Shown in pieces: positions 27,957-37,646 of a stretch of DNA of 64,000 bases. Within the stretch, counting starts at the first letter, position 1; every line of letters begins with the position of its first letter. Below the pieces are notes generated by a model that ran no database searches, was not told the DNA's origin, and saw only the letters and a list, made by a program, of their open reading frames with translations. The stretch lies in sequence record OP292654.1; one strand, given 5' to 3'. The translations under genes and the position numbers were made by a program.

Positions 27957-28750
27957 TGTTTTTACGGTTCTTCCTTTCATACAATGATGCTGGTGACTTT
28001 AGGGTTGCTGGGAGTGCAGGCTCCCAGCGGCAAACTGGTTCATCACATAACAACTATAAAGTACCTGAGATTATTTCATTTGAACGTTTAAAATCTGGAC
28101 TTGCTAGAAAGCTTAATCGTGAATCTCAGTACGTACAAAATTCTATCAGTACACGTGAAATCCTTATTAACGTTGAAGACGTAGCAATGTTCCAGCTTGA
28201 AGCATTGTGCGTGGCAGAGTACTCGTACTGTACCTACAACTTAGAAACACTTAAGATTGGTTTCGGTAATACTCCATATAATGCGTATATGGCTACGTGG
28301 GCTGGCGATACTAATAATCGTGCCAGGTCTGTTGGTGGATTTGTAAATGGTAATGAGTCTGAACACTTCTTCAATTATTATCCAGTACGTGTTCAAAAAG
28401 ACGAACCTTTCACTTATACATGCCCTGATAATTTCTATCCTCAAGTACTAGATGAATTGCGTCCGTACATTTCATATGAAAAGAATTATTTGTTCAAAGA
28501 AGTTACTGACATTCTTGAACGTGAAACTAATTTCATTGATTTACTCTTTAATGGGATGATAGAAAAGGATACTGATAAGATTCAGTACACTGGTACGTCT
28601 TTACAGTACAACGCAGTGATGAAAACCTTTGAGTTCTTTATGAATGATGATAAAGACATTATGGAGAACAAAGAAAATCACACTTCTGGATTAAAGCTAA
28701 TGGGTGCTTTGTGTTGGCAAATGATGCAAATATCCGGTGAAACGTTTTAA
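27956..28750 (+). CDS. Hypothetical protein
   Basis: TAATG coupling. Confidence 0.8.
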   Translation: MFLRFFLSYNDAGDFRVAGSAGSQRQTGSSHNNYKVPEIISFERLKSGLARKLNRESQYVQNSISTREILINVEDVAMFQLEALCVAEYSYCTYNLETLKIGFGNTPYNAYMATWAGDTNNRARSVGGFVNGNESEHFFNYYPVRVQKDEPFTYTCPDNFYPQVLDELRPYISYEKNYLFKEVTDILERETNFIDLLFNGMIEKDTDKIQYTGTSLQYNAVMKTFEFFMNDDKDIMENKENHTSGLKLMGALCWQMMQISGETF

Positions 28751-28770
28751 AAATTTGTGCTATAATGTAT

Positions 28771-28799
28771 AGGACGGTGCTACGGCATCGTCCTTTTTT
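28771..28799 (+). terminator. Intrinsic terminator directly after a TGcTATAAT motif
   Basis: AGGACGGTGC-TACG-GCATCGTCCT plus T-run. Confidence 0.75.
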
Positions 28800-28809
28800 A
28801 ATTGAGAAA

Positions 28810-29385
28810 AACTCTGAATGACCTTGAGAACAAGGATAGTTTTGACCCTGATAATCGAAAAGTAGAATATCAGTTGAGTAGTTCATTCAGTACGAACAGC
28901 AAAAGAAACCCGTTAGATGTTGGCATAGTTTGTACCACTCACGGCAATGCGGCTGTATAAAGCATGACAGTACTACATAAGTTCATGCCTGGATAGACAT
29001 ATAGGATCGCACCTACCTAATGTATAAGGGAGTTAAAATTAGCGATTGATTTATACAATATAGATCCGTCTCGATTTTGACAAATACAATGCTGTTCATG
29101 TGGCTATTGTATTAAGTGTAGTAAGACTACGACCGTTGTATGAACCGCGATAGGGAGAAACAGGACAACCCGCTTCCGCTCTAATAAGAAATTCGTGACA
29201 TGAAATTGCTATGACTATCATCGTCAGATTAATTCGTTCCTCTTTCGGGGGATGAAAATGCGTCAACAAATCTCGTCAGTAATAGTACTGAACGTTTATT
29301 AAGTAAGAGAGCGTAAATCTCAAAAGAACGTAACGTAAGTGAAGTTCAGAAGAGATTTACTGGAGCTACCGCAGGTAGTTCCTTG
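28810..29385 (+). ncRNA. Candidate large (~580-nt) structured non-coding RNA; strand inferred
   Basis: No ORF of 60 aa or more in an otherwise gap-free gene array; about 10 hairpins or long-range stems. Confidence 0.6.
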
Positions 29386-29430
29386 TATAATGTGAATCAG
29401 CTAAGTACTGATTCAAAATGTGAGATGTAA

Positions 29431-29958
29431 ATGAAAATTGTATATAAATGCAAGACAACTGGAGTCTTAATGGACTCTGTAGATTTGAATAGTTTTGATG
29501 GCTATCGTATTCAGATAGACCATAATAAGATTAGTAAGGTAACTGAAATGCGGTATAATGAAGTACTAGCACGAATAGATTACCGACCGACACTAACACC
29601 GATTATTCATACAGTTGAATACAATGGACACATAGAAGAACGGTACAATAATAATCGTGTAAGTAATCTTTCATATCGCTTTGATGGTAAACTTTATGGT
29701 GAATATCAGAAGTATTCTGCTCAAGGTGAATTACTTGATAGGAAATATTTTGTCAATGGAATTGACGTAACTAATGACATAATTAAGTTCATTGGATATA
29801 CGGATGATATTTCTAATTTCAAGTACTATGAATTTCGTGAGGACGAAATGTTTAATATAATGGCTAAGTACGGTCATTATTTTAGGTTCGTTGAGGAATC
29901 AGGAAGAAAGAGTACTGACTTCGATTATATTACACAGTACTGTTATAGTAGTTTATAA
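29431..29958 (+). CDS. Hypothetical protein with MORN-variant-like repeat
   Basis: YRFDGKLYGEYQKYSAQGELLDRKYFVNG. Confidence 0.7.
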   Translation: MKIVYKCKTTGVLMDSVDLNSFDGYRIQIDHNKISKVTEMRYNEVLARIDYRPTLTPIIHTVEYNGHIEERYNNNRVSNLSYRFDGKLYGEYQKYSAQGELLDRKYFVNGIDVTNDIIKFIGYTDDISNFKYYEFREDEMFNIMAKYGHYFRFVEESGRKSTDFDYITQYCYSSL

Positions 29959-29973
29959 CATAAGGAAATCTTC

Positions 29974-30519
29974 ATGGAAGAAGAAAAGAACACACAATCT
30001 GTGCACTTTAGTTCAGCATCAAATACTTGGGATACTCCCGATGATTTTTATGAGAAACTAAATGCTGTATGGAACTTCACATTAGATCCTGCTGCGATGG
30101 ATGATACAGCAAAATGTGAGAAGTACTACACACCTGAAACAGACGGCCTAGCACATTCATGGGAAGGCGAAACTGTTTGGTGTAATCCTCCTTACGGTCG
30201 AGAAATCAGTAAATGGTTTAAGAAGATGCATGAGGAATTTACAGAGAACGGTACTACTATCGTAGCTCTACCACCAGCACGTACTGATACTACTTACTTT
30301 CATAAGTATGTAGCTACTGCTGCCACTGCTATTTGTTTTGTGAAAGGTCGTTTAAAATTCGATAACCGGAGTTTACCTTCTTGGACTGAAGATGGTTCAC
30401 ATAAGAAATCCGGTGCTCCATTCCCAAGTATGTTAGTTATCTATGATAACAATCTTACTGAAGAAAAGATTGAAGTACTGAAAAGTCTTGGGTTTGTAGT
30501 TCAACCATACACTGAGTAA
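29974..30519 (+). CDS. Phage DNA N6-adenine methyltransferase (T1/HP1 Dam-like family)
   Basis: W.TP..F...L, F.LDPAA, VWCNPPY, PARTDT.YFH, I.F+KGRL.F. Confidence 0.9.
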   Translation: MEEEKNTQSVHFSSASNTWDTPDDFYEKLNAVWNFTLDPAAMDDTAKCEKYYTPETDGLAHSWEGETVWCNPPYGREISKWFKKMHEEFTENGTTIVALPPARTDTTYFHKYVATAATAICFVKGRLKFDNRSLPSWTEDGSHKKSGAPFPSMLVIYDNNLTEEKIEVLKSLGFVVQPYTE

Positions 30520-30522
30520 ATT

Positions 30523-31059
30523 ATGAAGACTTGCGTAATGACATTTGGACGGTTTAATCCCGTCCATCAAGGACACGGTAAACTTTTGAATACAGCGTTA
30601 ACTATTCATAAAAACAATCCGTATTCTGAGCTTAAAATATATTCTAGTACTACCGAGAATGATACTAATATTCTTCCGTACCAGTTCAAGTTAGATATGA
30701 TTAAAGATTATTATCCTTGGACAGCACAATACATTCAGGAAGAACATAGCAGTACTTTGTTTGGAATATTAGAAGAACTTGATGAATCATATAGTGATAT
30801 AATCATTGTTAGTGGTTCTGATAGGACATTTGAGTTTCAAAAACTCCTTGACAAGTACAACGGATTATTGTATAACTTTGATAGCATTAATTCTGTATGT
30901 GCTGGAAAACGTGATGACAATAAATTTAGCAGTACTAATGTTCGCAAGTCCATAATGAACAAAGACTTTGGTGAATTCTGTTCTCTTATGCCCTATGGTT
31001 CATATGGTAGGAACAAAAAGTACTTTGACGAAATAAGTAAACTGATGGGTGTAAAATGA
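30523..31059 (+). CDS. Cytidyltransferase-like (HxGH) nucleotidyltransferase
   Basis: TFGRFNPVHQGH, GSDR, SSTNVR. Confidence 0.85.
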   Translation: MKTCVMTFGRFNPVHQGHGKLLNTALTIHKNNPYSELKIYSSTTENDTNILPYQFKLDMIKDYYPWTAQYIQEEHSSTLFGILEELDESYSDIIIVSGSDRTFEFQKLLDKYNGLLYNFDSINSVCAGKRDDNKFSSTNVRKSIMNKDFGEFCSLMPYGSYGRNKKYFDEISKLMGVK

Positions 31060-31346
31060 TCTTCAAGACTAAACGTATGTTTTGGGATGAAAATGAAAGT
31101 ACTGGATACCGACACATCTCAGTAGAACATAATGACCGAGTATTAATGGTTGTAACGGCTCATAGGATTGCTGGTGAATGGATGACTCAGGTAGTACCGA
31201 TGGGCTTTTCATTCAAGCAGGACGAGGTACAGACGTTCTCTGATATGTTTTCAGTACTGCCTGGGCTGATGGAATTTTTATGCACTGAATCTTTAACAAT
31301 CGACGAAATTCAAAATTTCCTTGACAGCATCGAAGGAAATGTGTAG
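31056..31346 (+). CDS. Hypothetical protein
   Basis: Coupled ORF. Confidence 0.7.
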   Translation: MIFKTKRMFWDENESTGYRHISVEHNDRVLMVVTAHRIAGEWMTQVVPMGFSFKQDEVQTFSDMFSVLPGLMEFLCTESLTIDEIQNFLDSIEGNV

Positions 31347-31379
31347 GATTAAATTTTCACACCTAAAAGGAAATTAACT

Positions 31380-31946
31380 ATGCCGCAAAGTCGTATGACT
31401 AAAACGTTCGCGAAGTACTTGCGTATGGGTATCATTCCACGTACCGTTCGGGGGAACTGGAAAGATGGTGACTACATGTACAGCCTGTACCATGATAATG
31501 TACAATACGCTATAGATGACATGGGAGACTATGAAATCGACTCAGACGTATCGTACATACTGGAATGCCTCGAAGCACGTGAACTGATGATTGAACGTCA
31601 TCATGAAGTGATTGCTGCGATCTACGCAGAGGCTAAATCCAAAATCGGTTCAGATGTATGGGTGCGTGTAGGTTGTGGACAACAACTGAATTGTACTTTT
31701 GGTGATCGCGATGGTGAGTTTGCTCACTTCATGATGGACTTCATTGATCCTGCTGCTTTTGATGCTGCTGTATCACGTTTGAAGAAACTGATTGGAGAAC
31801 AAACTGGCGAAGAACCAGAGTTCACACCAGCAGAGAACTTCGTCCTGATGGTAACTGGACAAGGCAACAACTTCATCTTCGAAGATTTCAGCCATCCGAA
31901 AGTAGATGTACTGAACCTCGATGATATTGAAGGTGGACATAAGTAA
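31380..31946 (+). CDS. Acidic hypothetical protein
   Basis: AAGGA SD. Confidence 0.8.
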   Translation: MPQSRMTKTFAKYLRMGIIPRTVRGNWKDGDYMYSLYHDNVQYAIDDMGDYEIDSDVSYILECLEARELMIERHHEVIAAIYAEAKSKIGSDVWVRVGCGQQLNCTFGDRDGEFAHFMMDFIDPAAFDAAVSRLKKLIGEQTGEEPEFTPAENFVLMVTGQGNNFIFEDFSHPKVDVLNLDDIEGGHK

Positions 31947-32131
31947 AATTTGAGCGAGAATTTCTCGCTCTTTTCATTGGAAAATAATATGCGTGATCAT
32001 AAGAAAGAAGACCGTGAATACTTAAATCAATTCAAGGACAAAACTGTTGGTGAACTCCTGGACATTTTAAGTACTGAAGCTGATAAACTCAAAACCTTAA
32101 TCAAAGGTATTGTTGAACGAGCTAAGAAAAA

Positions 32132-32473
32132 ATGATTAATATAACTCCTGAACAATTTCAGCAGTTGTGTAATGGCGAAAGTATTATCATTTCTGATGAA
32201 GATGGTAGTACTTTAACTATTTCGTCAGAAGTTGCTGTTAAACAAAAAGAAATTCGTGAACGTAATGAAAATATCAAACGTCTCATGAAAGAAATGGAAG
32301 AACAAACTGAGTCTGAAGAAGCTACTGAAAATAGGGAAGTACGATGGGGTACATGCCCCGTTATCACTGGTGAGCAAAGTAAAGCTATTCGTAAGATGTT
32401 AGTAGAAAAACATAAACTTGAAAAACAAAATAACTCCGCCTTATACAAGGATAATAACAATGGAAAAGACTGA
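32132..32473 (+). CDS. Hypothetical protein
   Basis: Coupled ORF. Confidence 0.7.
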   Translation: MINITPEQFQQLCNGESIIISDEDGSTLTISSEVAVKQKEIRERNENIKRLMKEMEEQTESEEATENREVRWGTCPVITGEQSKAIRKMLVEKHKLEKQNNSALYKDNNNGKD

Positions 32474-33155
32474 ATATGCTAAACTCCGTACTAAAATCCT
32501 TGGCATCATCGAAGGACTAACTTTGTCTGATGCACGGTACTTTAACGTGCGTCGAGCTATTGTATACGCAGAAGGTGTACATAGTAATCAACGCCGTGAT
32601 GGTACTCCTGAGTTCTCACATCAATTGGAAATGCTTTCGTTAGCACTGAGTTTACACAACTCGCTGATTGATCCGTATTCAGTTTATATGGCTATCATTG
32701 TACATGATACCATTGAAGACTATCCTGAAACTCAACCAACACTACAAGACATGTTTCCTGATTCAGTACAGTACAGCCAGCGTCTTGCTAAGTTCAAAGA
32801 TGCTTCGCAATATGAAGATCTGTATTATGGTTATTTCGGTCGCCTTGCTGAATGTGAAGTATGTTCAGTAGTGAAGCTGATCGACCGCATTCATAATCTC
32901 AGTACTGCTGTAGGTGTTTTCAGCAATGAGAAACTTACTGAGTACTGTAATGAAGTAGAAAAATACTTCATGGATATGATGCATAAAGCGAAAAGTAACT
33001 TTAATCAACGTGAAGTATATGAAGTACTAAAATTCATGTTGATTAATCAAGTAAGTACTATTCGCAAGTTCCTGTCTATAATTGATGTTCAGGAAGAAGA
33101 ACGTAAGAAAACTTATACCGCAGAACAATTGGTAAACCGCCTCAAAGGGATTTAA
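32460..33155 (+). CDS. RelA/SpoT-type HD hydrolase (small alarmone hydrolase/Mesh1-like)
   Basis: A..VHSNQRRDG.P...H, AIIVHDTIED, VKLIDRIHNL. Confidence 0.85.
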   Translation: MEKTEYAKLRTKILGIIEGLTLSDARYFNVRRAIVYAEGVHSNQRRDGTPEFSHQLEMLSLALSLHNSLIDPYSVYMAIIVHDTIEDYPETQPTLQDMFPDSVQYSQRLAKFKDASQYEDLYYGYFGRLAECEVCSVVKLIDRIHNLSTAVGVFSNEKLTEYCNEVEKYFMDMMHKAKSNFNQREVYEVLKFMLINQVSTIRKFLSIIDVQEEERKKTYTAEQLVNRLKGI

Positions 33156-34270
33156 TGCAATACGAACGCTATAAGACCATTCTTCTCCGTATTCTCGGAG
33201 AAGATATGGTTTCACTTCTAAAAAAATCAAATGCTATCATCGCAGGTGGTAGCATTACTTCATTGTTCAGCCAATCTCAAATTAATGACTTCGATATATA
33301 TTTCCGTTCAAAGGAAGATATGGTCGTATTCATTCGTAATGCGTATCAAACGCCAGGAGATCCGAATAAGAAAGAAAACCTTTACGCTCTTTCTGACGAA
33401 CAAATAGTAAAATTCGAAAAGCCTTTCAATATTACCTGTCAAAATCGAACTGATCGAAGTATTACATTTACCCAAAATGGAAACACTATTCAGTTAATTC
33501 ATTTTGCGTACTTCGAGAACGCTGAAGAAATCTTTGAAAGCTACGACTTCCATATCAATATGGCTGCATATGACTTCACCACTGATGACTTCATTCTACA
33601 TCCGTATTTCTTAGAAAGTGTTGCTGCTCGTAGGTTAACATTCAATGAGAAAACTCGTTATCCTATTATGAGTACTTTGCGTGTTCAGAAATATATTGAA
33701 CGTGGTTATACAATCAATCGTAAAGAAATGTTCAAGATTGGATTAACTTGTAGTATGTTGAATCTGGATTCGTGGGAGAAACTTATTGATCAGTTGAGTG
33801 GATTCTATGGTGTTAATGTGTCTGAAATATTTGACACAACAGTACCGTTTACAATGGAAGCCGCATTAGATATGCTTGATAAGGTTTATGAATTGCCTGA
33901 AAGTGAACCCGTCATTCCAAACTTTGAACAGATTATGTTCTTCATTGCTGGCAATCCATTTGAAGGACAGAATATCGTTTACCGCTTCCTTAACATTGTT
34001 GAAGAAAATGGTAAACAGTACTACAAAGATGAAAGTACTGGTATTCTTTTCCCTACGGATGGTACGCCAGTTAATGTTCAAAAAACTGAATCATGGCATA
34101 ATGGTATGCCGATTGATTATACTGTTGAATCATTCTATCCTTGGATGATGAATACAAAACGGGTATACGCACTATTACAGTTAGGTAAAGATGTTGAAGT
34201 GACTCGTGGTGCTGTAAATTATCATGTTAAAGGTAATGTTAGTGTAATTGGTATCAAGAATCAAAAATAA
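33155..34270 (+). CDS. Pol-beta-superfamily nucleotidyltransferase-like protein
   Basis: IIAGGSI...INDFDIYF; SYDFHINMAAYD. Confidence 0.7.
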   Translation: MQYERYKTILLRILGEDMVSLLKKSNAIIAGGSITSLFSQSQINDFDIYFRSKEDMVVFIRNAYQTPGDPNKKENLYALSDEQIVKFEKPFNITCQNRTDRSITFTQNGNTIQLIHFAYFENAEEIFESYDFHINMAAYDFTTDDFILHPYFLESVAARRLTFNEKTRYPIMSTLRVQKYIERGYTINRKEMFKIGLTCSMLNLDSWEKLIDQLSGFYGVNVSEIFDTTVPFTMEAALDMLDKVYELPESEPVIPNFEQIMFFIAGNPFEGQNIVYRFLNIVEENGKQYYKDESTGILFPTDGTPVNVQKTESWHNGMPIDYTVESFYPWMMNTKRVYALLQLGKDVEVTRGAVNYHVKGNVSVIGIKNQK

Positions 34271-34317
34271 ATTTTTAAGGGAGTACTAGCAGATTTATTC
34301 ACAAGGAGTGTGGAGCG

Positions 34318-35049
34318 ATGATTGATCGTATTAAATTTGCAACAGAAATGGCGAATGAACTCAATATGTCAAACTTTCAAACATTGACTTCCGTTATGGC
34401 AGAATACGCGACTGCTGGAAGTGTAGATGGTGTACAGTGTGGACAAGCTAATATGTTGGCAGATGTATTCAGTACTTTAAACAGTACTCAATACTCAGTT
34501 AAAACATATAAGGATGATTTCGTAGCACATTTCATGAACGGTGTAGTTCAGGAAGAAAGACGATATACTGATCCTATTATAGAACGTAGGATTTCTGGAG
34601 TAACCAATCCTAATGGTGATCCAGTTGAAGTACTAAGAGAGGTACTTCAGGATATAAAAGATAATGAATCTAAAAGTTTAGAACACTATGGAGTCACTAA
34701 TACTGAGACTATCTTAGTGGGTTATTCAGAGGATGAATCACATTATTACTTTCGTCTAACTGAAATGCCATATGAATATGAAGAACCAGCTATGGTTGAA
34801 GTGAAGTATTTCACTGAACGTAGTAAGAACTTCAATAGACATGATGGGAACCGTACAAGTATAGTTGGATATAACGATGAAGGAATTCAGGTTTATGAAT
34901 GGGTTCACCCAAACAATTCAACTTATACAAGATGTTTGAAGAAGCGTTACTGTTTAGAAGATGCTGATTCATTCTATTTCAAAATTGAAAAACAATCATA
35001 TTCTCGTCCTGATGATTCAGTACTGATGGGTATGGTTCAACTATTCTAA
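34318..35049 (+). CDS. Hypothetical protein
   Basis: GGAG SD; terminator ~35054-35075. Confidence 0.8.
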   Translation: MIDRIKFATEMANELNMSNFQTLTSVMAEYATAGSVDGVQCGQANMLADVFSTLNSTQYSVKTYKDDFVAHFMNGVVQEERRYTDPIIERRISGVTNPNGDPVEVLREVLQDIKDNESKSLEHYGVTNTETILVGYSEDESHYYFRLTEMPYEYEEPAMVEVKYFTERSKNFNRHDGNRTSIVGYNDEGIQVYEWVHPNNSTYTRCLKKRYCLEDADSFYFKIEKQSYSRPDDSVLMGMVQLF

Positions 35050-35088
35050 TGTTTGCCCCTTAATTGGGGCTTTCTTTAAGGAAAAGAA

Positions 35089-35388
35089 ATGACTATAAGC
35101 GTAAGATACATGCCAGAAGATATTCGTTTACTTCTAAAAGCAAAATACATAGATGATGGTGCTACAGTAACGAAACCAACTGGACAAAAGAAATATGCTT
35201 TACGTAGAAGTATTAAAATCTACGGAGAGAATCAGCAGGAAATTGCATGTGATGTTGATAATGTGTTCTTAGTTGATGAACAAGGAAACATTAACATGAT
35301 TTCTGATAGTACTGAATTGATGGTTCATATGAATGTTGGTGATTTATATTATGACTTACAAGATGTAGTTATGTGGGATGACAAATGA
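35089..35388 (+). CDS. Hypothetical protein (paralogue of the next gene)
   Basis: DGATVTKPTGQKKY. Confidence 0.8.
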   Translation: MTISVRYMPEDIRLLLKAKYIDDGATVTKPTGQKKYALRRSIKIYGENQQEIACDVDNVFLVDEQGNINMISDSTELMVHMNVGDLYYDLQDVVMWDDK

Positions 35389-35678
35389 TTGATTTAACTA
35401 ATATTGATTATGTCACAGTACTAGTTCCGGCTGGAAGAATTGAAGAAGGTACAGTTGTACAAAAACCATCTGGAGAAGTACTTTACACAATAACTCACGA
35501 AAAGCCAGCACAACATTTACTGAGAACAAATTATAACCGTTATGGTCGTGATGTTGATATGGTTTATTTGCGTCATGATAACGGAATATGTTATCATTAC
35601 CCAGCAGATCTGATGCTCAAGGTACGCATGTACAAATATGACCTTCAGAAAAATATCGACGACACTTGCGAATATTGA
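35385..35678 (+). CDS. Hypothetical protein (paralogue of the previous gene)
   Basis: EGTVVQKPSGEVLY. Confidence 0.8.
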   Translation: MIDLTNIDYVTVLVPAGRIEEGTVVQKPSGEVLYTITHEKPAQHLLRTNYNRYGRDVDMVYLRHDNGICYHYPADLMLKVRMYKYDLQKNIDDTCEY

Positions 35679-35739
35679 GTTGACAGACAGGCTGCTTTAG
35701 TGTAGACTGTTCCCTTACTTAATTAATGAGGATTAAAGA

Positions 35740-36888
35740 ATGTGTACTGAAACTATTTTTAACGATCTGATGGCTTTAACCGCTAAGAACGATGCGTTTT
35801 CGTGGAAAGACTTCACCTCTGTTGGTGGCGGTATCTTCCGTATTTTCTCATATCGCCTGGCGAGTTATTCAGATTTCCTTGAGCCTAGTGCTCTTGAAGG
35901 TCGCGGCTCTATGTTTAAAGTAGATGCTGAAGGTAATTATATTACCATTGCTTCGCGACCACCGAAGAAGTTCTTTAATGCGTATGAGAATCCATTCACT
36001 ATGTTTGATAAAAGTACTCCAAGTACTGAAATCGCTGTTGTGATGGATAAACTGGACGGGTCAATCATCAGTACCTTTATGGATGAAGATTATAAAGTCC
36101 GTACCAAATCTCAGGCATCATTACAATCGGATCACGCGATTAACAGTACTGCGATGCTTCATGCGGATAAAGCATTCTATGAGGATGTATATCAGGCAGA
36201 AATCCTTGGTTACACGGTGAATATGGAATATACATCACCGGAGTATCGTATTGTTCTTCCGTATCAAGAAGACGGATTAACAGTACTGAACGTTCGTCAT
36301 CGTCATACTGGTGAAATGCTGGTGGGTAATGCTTTGAAAGAAGTATTCCCTGAATTATACGCACGTTCAGTATCAGCCAAGTTTGGTGATATTGACGAAA
36401 CTTTCCCGATGAAGGAAACGTTATTTGATAGCATCGAAGCATGTCGTGCGATGACCGATGTTGAAGGTTTCGTACTGATCCTGAAAGATGGTCGCATTTG
36501 TAAGATCAAAACTGATTGGTATTGTGCTCTGCACTTTACTAAAGACGGCATCAACGTTGATTCTCGTTTGTACGAAACAGTAGTACAGGGAGCGTCAGAT
36601 GATCTGAAACAGATGTTCAGTACTGACGTGTACGCAATGAAAAAGATTGAAAAAATGGAACAGCTTGTATTTTCGTGCTATAATGCTTTAGTCACTGAAA
36701 GTGAAGCGTTTTACAATCAGAACAAGCATCTTGAACGTAAGGAATATGCTTTACAAGTTCAGAAGGTTCTGCCTAACGAACTCGGTAAGCCAGGTATTGC
36801 GTTCAGCCTTTATCAAAACAAGCCCGTTGATTATAAAGGTGTGATGTTGAAATACATGAAAGAAGTACTGAAGGATTTCGAAGTCTAA
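35740..36888 (+). CDS. rnlA: RNA ligase 1 (T4 Rnl1-like)
   Basis: RPPKKFFN, KLDGS (motif I), EYTSP, EGFVL, KIKTDWY. Confidence 0.92.
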   Translation: MCTETIFNDLMALTAKNDAFSWKDFTSVGGGIFRIFSYRLASYSDFLEPSALEGRGSMFKVDAEGNYITIASRPPKKFFNAYENPFTMFDKSTPSTEIAVVMDKLDGSIISTFMDEDYKVRTKSQASLQSDHAINSTAMLHADKAFYEDVYQAEILGYTVNMEYTSPEYRIVLPYQEDGLTVLNVRHRHTGEMLVGNALKEVFPELYARSVSAKFGDIDETFPMKETLFDSIEACRAMTDVEGFVLILKDGRICKIKTDWYCALHFTKDGINVDSRLYETVVQGASDDLKQMFSTDVYAMKKIEKMEQLVFSCYNALVTESEAFYNQNKHLERKEYALQVQKVLPNELGKPGIAFSLYQNKPVDYKGVMLKYMKEVLKDFEV

Positions 36889-36920
36889 CAGTACTTCTAA
36901 ATAGCCTACCACAAGGAGTA

Positions 36921-37160
36921 GTGATGGCTAAACCAAAGTATAAAGCAACAAAGGGCGAAGTACGAACTCCTGAAGAACACAGAAGAATACTACAAGAGAT
37001 AGACGCTTTACAGTCTGAACGCTCAAGGAAAGGGGTTCAGAAATCTGCCAAGCGTCTTAAAAATACTTTTGGAGTTAGTTCATCTGCGTATAAGAAGGAT
37101 CGTAAGCCCAAAAACAAAAAACCAAAAATTTATGATTTAGGAAGATACGCACGTGAGTAA
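36921..37160 (+). CDS. Small very basic protein
   Basis: AAGGAG SD; K/R-rich. Confidence 0.7.
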   Translation: MMAKPKYKATKGEVRTPEEHRRILQEIDALQSERSRKGVQKSAKRLKNTFGVSSSAYKKDRKPKNKKPKIYDLGRYARE

Positions 37161-37377
37161 ACAAGTAACATTACAAACGTCTAAAGTACTATACCGAGAT
37201 CAGGAATTTTCAGTTATCCCAAATACAGCACTGCCGACATATACAATGCGTCAGATGCTTGAATATGTAAGAAATATAGGTGACGTGGCCTTTATTGTCG
37301 ATGGTGAATTCTACTTCGACGAAGGAGCTTTCTTCAATTTGACAATGAAGTACCATGAAAAGTACATTATAATCTAA
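37153..37377 (+). CDS. Hypothetical protein
   Basis: Coupled ORF. Confidence 0.7.
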   Translation: MSKQVTLQTSKVLYRDQEFSVIPNTALPTYTMRQMLEYVRNIGDVAFIVDGEFYFDEGAFFNLTMKYHEKYIII

Positions 37378-37388
37378 AGGAGAATCTC

Positions 37389-37646
37389 ATGAAAGTACAA
37401 GTGCAACATAGCATCGTCCAGGATATGACCGTAATCAAATTTAATTCGTTAAAAGATTACTTCCGTGGGCTTGACTTTCTCGATTCAAGTGGGTTAGAAT
37501 GGACACCGTTGAAATACAGTTCACGTGAGGATACGGCGAGCATTCGTTTATCCGAAAATGTACTGAAAAAATTCTCTGATAAATTTGGAATAGGAAAAGA
37601 AAATGCCACAAGTAACAGTAACAATCGGACTGCCAGGGTGCGGTAA
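37389..37646 (+). CDS. Hypothetical protein
   Basis: AAGGAG SD. Confidence 0.7.
   Translation: MKVQVQHSIVQDMTVIKFNSLKDYFRGLDFLDSSGLEWTPLKYSSREDTASIRLSENVLKKFSDKFGIGKENATSNSNNRTARVR

Noticed and set aside
28810-29385. Region as tmRNA, RNase P RNA, tRNA cluster or group I intron
   Set aside because: No GGGGCTGA/tRNA-like ends or CCA, no GAGGAAAGUCC core, and no cloverleaf seen. An AGACTA word occurs, but there is no interrupted gene and no recognisable matching P7 partner.
29974-30519. Assigning AGTACT/GTAC as the MTase target
   Set aside because: Characterised members of this family (T1/HP1 Dam) methylate GATC, and specificity cannot be read from sequence. Kept only as a hypothesis.
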